From contig JAZGEV010000011.1 in assembly GCA_036478895.1 (NCBI GenBank), positions 25,836-89,835 of the forward strand: a stretch of 64,000 bases of DNA, written 5' to 3'. The notes beneath the pieces were generated by a model. That model saw only the letters and a list, made by a program, of their open reading frames with translations, did not search any database and had not been told where the DNA came from. Source of the stretch: Flavobacteriaceae bacterium (GTDB lineage: Bacteria; Bacteroidota; Bacteroidia; Flavobacteriales; Flavobacteriaceae). A program made the translations under genes and the position numbers. Positions 57,162 to 64,000 of this stretch are shown here, piece after piece (the first letter of the stretch is position 1; each line of letters begins with the position of its first letter).

Positions 57162-57386
57162 ATGAGCACACAACCCAACAATCCATTACACGGCGTAAAA
57201 TTAGCCGAAATATTAGAATTTTTAATAGACCAATATGGTTTTAAAAAACTAAGCGAACGCATCAATATAAATTGTTTTAAATCTAATCCTACTTACAAAT
57301 CGTGTTTAAAATTTTTACGCACGCATCCTTGGGCGAGAAAAGAAGTAGAGGATTTGTATTTAGATTCTATTCCAAAAACAGAGTAA
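57162..57386 (+). CDS. VF530/DUF2132 family small DNA-binding protein
   Basis: NPLHGVKLAEILEFLIDQYGF...FLRTHPWARKEVEDLYL matches the family. Confidence 0.75.
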   Translation: MSTQPNNPLHGVKLAEILEFLIDQYGFKKLSERININCFKSNPTYKSCLKFLRTHPWARKEVEDLYLDSIPKTE

Positions 57387-57491
57387 TATTGATTAAAATC
57401 AATAGAAATCAAGTACTTAGGTTAATCTAAATCAATATTAATACATAAAATTACCTTTAATTTTGTGTTTTATTAATTTAAATTCACCGCT

Positions 57492-57908
57492 ATGAAATAT
57501 CAAAACTCGGTAATAATCCCAATTAACAATAAAGTTAAAGAAACGTATAATTCACCAGAAAATCTAAATTTAGGTTATGATAAAAATCCTAAATTAATTT
57601 TTAATCGCATTTTAAAATGTTTAGAGCGTAAAGATAGAATGGATGTGTTATTAAAAATAACGGGAAAAAATAATGAAACGTTTTGGACAAAAAACACATT
57701 TTATAAAGATCAAAATACAATTAATGTAATTGTAGAAGATTACAACAATCAAAGCGTTATAAAAAAGGTAAATAAGTTGTATTCCAATTTAATTAAAATA
57801 GAGAATAATATATCGAGCGCTTATGCTAATAAATATTTAGATGGTTATTTAGAAACAGAGCATATTACGTTATGTAAAATAATTTCGCATTTTTTACAAA
57901 GCGCTTAA
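57492..57908 (+). CDS. Hypothetical protein
   Basis: 138-aa ORF with no recognisable motif. Confidence 0.35.
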   Translation: MKYQNSVIIPINNKVKETYNSPENLNLGYDKNPKLIFNRILKCLERKDRMDVLLKITGKNNETFWTKNTFYKDQNTINVIVEDYNNQSVIKKVNKLYSNLIKIENNISSAYANKYLDGYLETEHITLCKIISHFLQSA

Positions 57909-58011
57909 TTTAAAAACAGTTTTTAGTTGTGGAATAGGATTGTTGTAAAGAACAATTCTTTTCTTTTTGTAGTATATTTAGTATTTTAGCCGAGTATAAA
58001 ACAAATCTAAC

Positions 58012-59052
58012 TTGAAATTTACCAAAACATATAAATTTGCTTTTTATTCTGCACTATTATTGGTTGTTTTAGCGCTGTTTTTATTACTATTATTGCATTT
58101 ATTTTTGGATCATAAGTTAACTATTCCGTTTGTTATTGCTTTTGGAATTTCATTATTCATTATTTCTTTTTTAATAATTCAATATAGAGTTGAGCATTTT
58201 ATTTATCGTCGTATTCAAAAAATATATAAAGAGGTTTCTATTTTAGATATTGATGAATTGGATAAGAACAGCATCACATCCAACATGGAATCACTATCCA
58301 AAAATGTTAAAATATTTGCCGAGGATAAATTATTAGAAATACAAACTTTAAAAGAACGTGAAAAATACAGACGCGAGTATTTGGGTAATATATCACACGA
58401 ATTAAAAACACCTTTATTTACGGTTCAAGGGTATTTATTAACCCTTTTAGAAGGCGCTATGGATGATAAAAACATCCGTTTAAAATATTTAGAACGTGCC
58501 AATAATGGAGTGGAAAGATTAAACCATATTGTAAAAGATTTGGATATGATTACGCGTTTAGAAATAGGCGATTTAAACATAAAATACCAAACCTTTAATA
58601 TCATTCATTTAATAAATAACGTGTTTGATTTATTAGAAATTGAAGCTCAAAAAAGAAACGTTTCATTAGGCTTAAATAAAGTGTATGAAACGCCTATTTT
58701 AGTAAATGGTGATAAAGATAGAATTCAACAAGTGTTGATTAATTTAATTGCCAATTCAATTTATTATGGAAAACCAGCAGGAACAACTATTGTAAGTGTC
58801 AATTTTCACAAAAATAATAAAGTAATAATAGCCATTAAAGATGATGGAAAAGGTATTGATGCTGCTAAAATTCCACGCTTATTTGAGCGTTTTTACAGAG
58901 TAGATAAAAGTAGAGCAAGAAACCAAGGTGGAACAGGATTAGGTTTATCTATTGTAAAACACATTATAGAGGCTCATAATGAAGAAGTTTTTGTAGAAAG
59001 CACACTGGACAAAGGATCTACTTTTTCGTTTACTATGGAGTTTGTAGGATAA
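58012..59052 (+). CDS. Sensor histidine kinase (orphan; no adjacent response regulator)
   Basis: TTG start and two TM segments. H-box ISHELKTPL, plus N (LIANSIYY), G1 (DDGKGI) and G2 (GGTGLGLSIV) boxes. Confidence 0.85.
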   Translation: MKFTKTYKFAFYSALLLVVLALFLLLLLHLFLDHKLTIPFVIAFGISLFIISFLIIQYRVEHFIYRRIQKIYKEVSILDIDELDKNSITSNMESLSKNVKIFAEDKLLEIQTLKEREKYRREYLGNISHELKTPLFTVQGYLLTLLEGAMDDKNIRLKYLERANNGVERLNHIVKDLDMITRLEIGDLNIKYQTFNIIHLINNVFDLLEIEAQKRNVSLGLNKVYETPILVNGDKDRIQQVLINLIANSIYYGKPAGTTIVSVNFHKNNKVIIAIKDDGKGIDAAKIPRLFERFYRVDKSRARNQGGTGLGLSIVKHIIEAHNEEVFVESTLDKGSTFSFTMEFVG

Positions 59053-59056
59053 TAGT

Positions 59057-59443
59057 TTATTTTTCTAAAATCAATTTAATATTAGGTTTAAAATAATTTG
59101 GACCTTTCATTACTTTACCATCTTCTCTGTAAATTGGTTTGCCGTCAGCGCCTAATTTACTCATATTACTGCGTTGAATCTCGTTAAATACAGCTTCCAT
59201 TTTATGTTGCATGCCGTGTGATAACATTGTGCCGCATAAAATATAAAGCATATCACCAAGTGCATCGGCAACTTCTACCAAGTCGTTATTTTTAGCCGCT
59301 TCTAAATATTCTTCATTTTCTTCAGCCATTAAATCAAAACGTAATTTCACCTCTTTATCGTTAGTAAAAGCAATTGGAGTTTCTCTATTTGTAATTCCAA
59401 AGGCATTATGGAATGTTTCTACGGCTTTAATTTTATTTTTCAT
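59057..59443 (-). CDS. MazG-like nucleotide pyrophosphohydrolase family protein
   Basis: RFDLMAEENEEYLEAA...VADALGDMLYILCG shows the EExxE...D metal-binding helices. Confidence 0.6.
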   Translation of the reverse strand: MKNKIKAVETFHNAFGITNRETPIAFTNDKEVKLRFDLMAEENEEYLEAAKNNDLVEVADALGDMLYILCGTMLSHGMQHKMEAVFNEIQRSNMSKLGADGKPIYREDGKVMKGPNYFKPNIKLILEK

Positions 59444-59507
59444 TTGTTTGGTTTAATTTCACGAAAATTTCATTTATGACGCTAAAGCGTTACAGGTTTC
59501 CGCAGAT

Positions 59508-59531
59508 GTCATTCTGAACTTGTTTCAGAAT
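59508..59531. repeat. REP-like hairpin GTCATTCTGAA-cttg-TTTCAGAAT
   Basis: Hairpin seen directly. Same CTGAA..TTCAG theme as 25801-25845. Confidence 0.6.
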
Positions 59532-59552
59532 TTTTTATTAATTATTAACTTT

Positions 59553-59939
59553 TTATTTAGTGATTTTCTCTAACAGCAAATCTACATTTTTCTTTGAATT
59601 TCCCACAAAAATTTCATCATCAACAATAATTACAGGTCTTTTTAGAAACGTATATTCATCCAATATTAATTGTTTAAAGTCCTTTTCGGTAAGTGTTTGT
59701 TCTTTAAACAACTTATAACGTTTTGCTCGTTTGCTAAACAACGCTTCGTAACTTTGAGTAAAACCGTACATTTCCTCTAATTGAGCAACGGTAATTGGTT
59801 GGGTTTTTATTTCTTGAAAGGTGAAATCTTTATAACTCATTCGATGACTCAAAGTCATCGAATGAGTATTAAATGTGCTTTTTAGTTGCTTTAAAATTCG
59901 CTGGTTGGTATCGCAGGTTTTTAGATGATAGATTTTCAT
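59553..59939 (-). CDS. ArsC/Spx-family (YffB-like) protein carrying an internal palindromic insert
   Basis: MKIYHLKTCDT N-terminus and ...KRPVIIVDDEIFVGNS. There is an extra segment, STFNTHSMTLSHRMSYK, after helix 1. Confidence 0.65.
   Translation of the reverse strand: MKIYHLKTCDTNQRILKQLKSTFNTHSMTLSHRMSYKDFTFQEIKTQPITVAQLEEMYGFTQSYEALFSKRAKRYKLFKEQTLTEKDFKQLILDEYTFLKRPVIIVDDEIFVGNSKKNVDLLLEKITK
59835..59867. repeat. Perfect 14-bp inverted repeat (5-nt spacer) inside the ArsC-family CDS
   Basis: ACTCATTCGATGAC-tcaaa-GTCATCGAATGAGT encodes THSMTLSHRMS. Confidence 0.9.
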
Positions 59940-60003
59940 TGGATAAAAGTACTTAAAAATATTTTCTTAAATTGCACTAATTACTAACTAAAAAATTAAT
60001 TTT

Positions 60004-60435
60004 ATGACCAATTCAAAAATAGCCTTTAAAGGATTTAAAGCCATCACAATAATTGCAATTTTATGGAATATTATGGGTGCGTATTCTTTTTATTATCACA
60101 CCAATATGCCAGTTGAAGAAATTGCAAAATTACCAATAGCAGAACAAGCATTATATCAAAATATACCACAATGGAAAATAATTGCCTTTTTTATTGCAAC
60201 AATTGGTGGTTTATTGGGCAGTGTTTTGTTATTTCTAAAAAAGAAACTATCTATAATAGTGCTCATTTTATCATTAATTGGCGTTTTTGTAAGCTTCTAT
60301 TATGACTTCTTTAAAACCAATTTAATAGAAGTTTATGGAAATGGAAGTGTTATTTTACCAATAACAATTGCATTAATTGCTATCTTTTTGGTTTGGTATG
60401 CAAGGAAAGCAGATAAAGCAGGATTTTTATCTTAA
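60004..60435 (+). CDS. Small four-TM membrane protein, function unknown
   Basis: 143 aa with four hydrophobic helices. Confidence 0.4.
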   Translation: MTNSKIAFKGFKAITIIAILWNIMGAYSFYYHTNMPVEEIAKLPIAEQALYQNIPQWKIIAFFIATIGGLLGSVLLFLKKKLSIIVLILSLIGVFVSFYYDFFKTNLIEVYGNGSVILPITIALIAIFLVWYARKADKAGFLS

Positions 60436-60455
60436 GTGTAATTTTTATTAAATAG

Positions 60456-60686
60456 TTACTTAGGTTTAAATATTATATGCTTTGAAACTGGATATTTTTC
60501 CAATAATTTCTTAGGTCTTATTGGTCTTTGTGTAAAATTTCCTCCACAATTAGGACACGTATTATTGAATGTATTTTTTACACAATCCACACAAAAAGTA
60601 CATTCAAAAGTACATATCATTGCTTCTTTTGAATTGTAAGGTAAGTTTTTATTGCATTGTTCGCAAGTTGGTCTTATTTCTAACAT
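60456..60686 (-). CDS. DUF1272 (Cys-rich zinc-ribbon-like) protein
   Basis: CEQCNKNL...CTFECTFCVDC...CPNCGGNFTQRPIRP. Confidence 0.75.
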   Translation of the reverse strand: MLEIRPTCEQCNKNLPYNSKEAMICTFECTFCVDCVKNTFNNTCPNCGGNFTQRPIRPKKLLEKYPVSKHIIFKPK

Positions 60687-60702
60687 TTTTTAAATTAACA
60701 AG

Positions 60703-61102
60703 TTAATTAGTTTTTATCATAAAACGTTTAGGATTTGGATATGTTTCAAACCCAAATTTTTCATAAAAACGCTGCGCGTCTTTTGTATGTAAATAATGTT
60801 TTTTTACTTGTATTAAATGGGGATGATTATAGATTTCTTTTAAGAAAAATTGTCCGTAGTTTTTACCTTGGTATTTTTCATCAATAAAAACATCCAATAA
60901 ATAAGAAAAAATAGTTTTATCTGTAATAACTCTTGCAAAACCTATTTGCTTTCCGTCAAGATATGCACCAAAGCAGACCGAGTTTTCAATTGATTTTTTT
61001 ATTTCGTACAACGATCTTTCTTTTGCCCAATAGGTATTTGGATAAGAAGTTAAATATAAAATCAAGATTTAATTTTTTTTTATTTGTACTAACTTTTATC
61101 AT
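60703..61102 (-). pseudogene. GNAT family N-acetyltransferase interrupted by a 1-nt frameshift
   Basis: The ATG at 61102 gives MIKVSTNKKKLNLDFIFNFLS, then runs out of frame. The 60703-61065 frame continues NTYWAKERSLYEIKKSIENS... The frames join if one A of the run at 61037-61039 is removed. Confidence 0.55.
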
Positions 61103-61131
61103 TTTACTTAATTTTTTTAAATTAAAATTGG

Positions 61132-61743
61132 TTAATCAAGCAATTTATATTCACCGTTTAATATAATAAAAAGTTGAATGTCTTGATCATAATCATTTCT
61201 AAAATACCAACCGTGTTTTCCATTAAAAGGCGCAGTAAAAGTACCAGCCATATTATTAGAATAAGCTAAAGTATAACTCTCATAAAATACATTTTTTGGT
61301 GGATTAGCCTGTTTCACTTCACCATGAAAATCTAAATAAACAACGGCCTTATTTGTAGTAAACCATTCATATTTAATAGCAGCGAGTTTTTTTGCATTAA
61401 ATTTATATTCAATGCCTTTTTTTGCAGGAATAACTATTTTTATAGTATCTATTTGCTTATTATATTGCTTATCTGGAATAGGATTGAATGCTTCAATGGG
61501 TTTTGGAACATTACTATTAGAACCTAGTTTTTCTATTTTTAATTGCTTTTGTACTATTAACGGTTGAGTAGTTTTGGTGTACAATTTATCAAAACCAAAC
61601 AATTTCCCTGTACCTAATGGATCTTTACCATAAGCCGCAGGTAATACAGCGACTACAAAAACAAATAACCCAATAATTAGTGCATACACAGTGGATTTTA
61701 ACAATTGTTTTTTTGACATTATATTTTCGTTTTCTACAGTCAT
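61132..61743 (-). CDS. Membrane-anchored protein, function unknown (co-oriented with HupE-like and desaturase genes)
   Basis: One N-terminal TM segment (VYALIIGLFVFVVAVLPAA), then a roughly 150-aa beta-rich domain. Confidence 0.4.
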   Translation of the reverse strand: MTVENENIMSKKQLLKSTVYALIIGLFVFVVAVLPAAYGKDPLGTGKLFGFDKLYTKTTQPLIVQKQLKIEKLGSNSNVPKPIEAFNPIPDKQYNKQIDTIKIVIPAKKGIEYKFNAKKLAAIKYEWFTTNKAVVYLDFHGEVKQANPPKNVFYESYTLAYSNNMAGTFTAPFNGKHGWYFRNDYDQDIQLFIILNGEYKLLD

Positions 61744-61755
61744 AAATTTAATTTA

Positions 61756-62439
61756 TTAAGATAAATAATATCCAGTTAATTGAAAGGCTAATAATAAAAA
61801 ACCAGAAGCCATTAATAAAATGTTGGTTGTTTTTGAAAACCGAATAAAACTTTGATGTCTTCTCCAAAAACTAATAATTAATAGCACAAAACCTAAGGCT
61901 AAAAATTGCCCAATTTCCACACCCAAATTAAAACCTAAAAGATTCATTAGTAAACCATCTGGATCAAATTTGAATTCTTGCAATTTGGTAGCTAAGCCAA
62001 AACCGTGAAATAACCCAAAAACCAAAACTGCTATTTTAGTATTTGGTTGCTTTCCAAATAAGTTTTTAAATCCGTTTAAATTATCAAAACCTTTATATAC
62101 AATTGATAAGGCAATAATTGCATCTATAAGATAGGCATTAACATGAACATCGCCCAAAACTCCTAAAAGTAGAGTTAAACTATGTCCAATGGTAAAAAAA
62201 CTAACATAAATTAAAATTTCTTTAGGTTTGTATAAAAAGAAAATAACACCAACCAAAAACAACAAATGGTCATAACCCGTAATCATATGTTTTGCTCCAA
62301 TATATAGAAATGGACCAAAAGCGACACCTTTATTTCCAAGTAAAAACTTTTGAGTATCACCATCAACGCCATGAGAATAAGCTGTTAATGAAAAAAAACC
62401 AAGTAATAATAGAATTAATATGTGTTTTAATTGTTTCAT
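61756..62439 (-). CDS. HupE/UreJ family membrane protein (second paralog)
   Basis: Signal peptide, GYDHLLFLVGV, TIGHSLTL, LFHGFGLATKL and GVEIGQ motifs. Confidence 0.75.
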   Translation of the reverse strand: MKQLKHILILLLLGFFSLTAYSHGVDGDTQKFLLGNKGVAFGPFLYIGAKHMITGYDHLLFLVGVIFFLYKPKEILIYVSFFTIGHSLTLLLGVLGDVHVNAYLIDAIIALSIVYKGFDNLNGFKNLFGKQPNTKIAVLVFGLFHGFGLATKLQEFKFDPDGLLMNLLGFNLGVEIGQFLALGFVLLIISFWRRHQSFIRFSKTTNILLMASGFLLLAFQLTGYYLS

Positions 62440-62490
62440 TATAATATATAGTATATCTCCAATGTAATTATATAATTGAGATTTTATATT

Positions 62491-63486
62491 TTATTGAGGA
62501 ATCGTTAGCCATTTAAACTCGTGTTTAGAGTTTGGTACTACAATACGTTCTGTAATTCGATACATTCTTGCTGGTAATTTTAGGAGATAATCTCTTGCTT
62601 TTTCTGCTTCATCAGTAAGGTTGGTAATTTTATCAATTTCCCAAGTTTTGTTCAATTTTTCTAAAATAGATACATAATCAAACCCAGTATAAACACCAGC
62701 ACGCTGTGCCACTACAGAAAACTGATCAAACAAAGAACCTTTGGATTCAAATGATTCTCTTAAATGCATTGCAGGCATTACAATTTTATGTTTCATCATG
62801 TGTTGGAAAGCCAACATCATTTCACTAGGATCGTATTTAAAAATTTCTTTAACAAATGTAGTGTATGCTAAATGATGACGCATTTCGTCACCAGCAATAA
62901 TTTTATTCATTCTAGCCAACATAGAAAACCCTTTTTCTTTGGCTAATTTTGCAACATTAATATGCGAAATATATGTTGCCAATTCTTGAAAACTAGTATA
63001 AACAAAGTTTTTATATGGATCACGATCTGTTCCTATATCAAAACCATCACTAATTAAATGTTGGGTCGTAATTTCCACTTCTTTCATATTAACTCTGCCA
63101 GATAAGTACAGTAATTTATTCATTACATCACCGTGCCTGTTTTCTTCTCCTGTCCAAGCTCTAAGCCATTTTGCCCAGCCGTTTTCTGGAACCCCTTTAT
63201 CTTTTTGATAAACCCCATCAATATTTAAAACCCACGATTCATAGGTTGGTAATGCTTCTTCGGTAATAGTATCGCCTACCATACAAATCCAAAAATCATC
63301 ATTTAAATCTTTAGACATTTCTCTAATTCCTTTAACTTCTTCTAAAAAATTATCACTTTGTGGATTGGGTAAAAAATCGGTTGGTTGCCAAATTTTATTT
63401 GGACTAATTAAAAATTTATCTAAAAAACCATCAATACTTTTTTCGATAGTTTTCATTACTTCCAAACGCATATTATTTAAATTCAT
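62491..63486 (-). CDS. Soluble acyl-ACP desaturase (di-iron, stearoyl-ACP desaturase family)
   Basis: Two carboxylate/His iron motifs, TGEENRHGD and AGDEMRHH. 331 aa. Confidence 0.85.
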   Translation of the reverse strand: MNLNNMRLEVMKTIEKSIDGFLDKFLISPNKIWQPTDFLPNPQSDNFLEEVKGIREMSKDLNDDFWICMVGDTITEEALPTYESWVLNIDGVYQKDKGVPENGWAKWLRAWTGEENRHGDVMNKLLYLSGRVNMKEVEITTQHLISDGFDIGTDRDPYKNFVYTSFQELATYISHINVAKLAKEKGFSMLARMNKIIAGDEMRHHLAYTTFVKEIFKYDPSEMMLAFQHMMKHKIVMPAMHLRESFESKGSLFDQFSVVAQRAGVYTGFDYVSILEKLNKTWEIDKITNLTDEAEKARDYLLKLPARMYRITERIVVPNSKHEFKWLTIPQ

Positions 63487-63585
63487 AATTGTAAGTTATA
63501 AGTTGATTAGCGAAAGTACTATAAAATTTTAGGAAACAGTGTGATAGACTTGAATTAATAAAGAGTACCTTTATCAAAAAAACAA

Positions 63586-64000
63586 ATGATTTTTCAAGCT
63601 GCAAATTTTAATCGTATATCATTACTTAAAATATTAGAGAATTTAACACCAGAAGAACTGTGTTTTATTCCAAAAGGGTTTAAAAATAATATCCTTTGGA
63701 ATTTAGTTCACATTTTAGTGACCGAACAATTATTAACCTATAAATTATCAGGATTACCATTAAATATTGATGAAAATTTTGTTCGTCTATTTGGAAAAGG
63801 ATCTTTACCTTTAACAACCATTACGCAAGAAGAAATTAAGGAAATAAAAGATAAATTAATTACGGCAAATAAACAAACCAAAATTGATTATGATAAAGGG
63901 CTATTTAAAAACTTTCATCCTTATAAAACCAGCACAGGCATTGTTTTAAAAAATGTAGATGATGCATTGCAATTTAATGCTTTTCACGAAGGCATTCATT
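63586..64000 (+). CDS. DinB-family protein (partial; runs off the window end)
   Basis: The ATG at 63586 opens MIFQAANFNRISLLKILENLTPEEL...WNLVHILVTEQ...FHEGIH, the His-containing four-helix pattern of DinB_2. No stop before 64000. Confidence 0.5.
   Translation, partial: MIFQAANFNRISLLKILENLTPEELCFIPKGFKNNILWNLVHILVTEQLLTYKLSGLPLNIDENFVRLFGKGSLPLTTITQEEIKEIKDKLITANKQTKIDYDKGLFKNFHPYKTSTGIVLKNVDDALQFNAFHEGIH

Noticed and set aside
60986-61102. Programmed ribosomal frameshift in the GNAT gene.
   Set aside because: No slippery heptamer or downstream structure is evident. A simple 1-nt indel in a short A run, from a pseudogene or a sequencing error, is the more economical explanation.
1-64000. 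tRNA, rRNA, tmRNA, RNase P or SRP RNA genes, and known riboswitches, in the larger gaps (385-1015, 6409-7065, 11259-11637, 29697-30137, 36492-36921, 46086-46645).
   Set aside because: By eye I saw no T-loop GGTTCGAATCC-type motif, no rnpB or SRP conserved core, and no riboswitch core. Covariance-model scanning would be needed for a definitive negative.

Overview
A visibly AT-rich chromosomal segment with the hallmarks of a Flavobacteriia (Bacteroidota) genome. These include GLPGLI paralogs, CarboxypepD_reg-type TonB-dependent or outer-membrane barrels, a T9SS C-terminal sorting domain, TAnnTTTG-type -7 promoter boxes and several families of small hairpin repeats in intergenic DNA. Most of the window is core housekeeping: pgi, ybeY, mnmG, rluF, mutS, rnr, rpiB, recA, pnuC plus a ribosylnicotinamide kinase, and trpB. 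These are interleaved with metal homeostasis genes, small enzymes and envelope proteins. No rRNA, tRNA, CRISPR array, transposase or integrase was recognised. The best-supported non-ORF signals are listed here. (1) Three ParB-type parS sites bracket mnmG. (2) A 19-codon leader peptide with tandem Trp codons and an intrinsic terminator sits ahead of a stand-alone trpB. (3) Five helically phased (T/A)GTAAAA direct repeats lie in the divergent promoter of a membrane-anchored winged-helix (ToxR-like) regulator. (4) A long hairpin element occurs once intact and once split at its loop by a 187-bp insertion. (5) Two repeat or palindrome units are embedded in frame inside rnr and an ArsC-family gene. 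(6) A GNAT gene carries a frameshift. The best candidate for an uncharacterised system is 36.5-44.8 kb. It holds two secreted proteins with C-terminal barrel-like halves, a duplicated-LRR T9SS cargo protein, a Cys-rich lipoprotein, a periplasmic-sensor/TM/LytTR one-component regulator and a tightly following WYL-domain regulator directly upstream of recA. Every function in that block is inference from domain signatures only.
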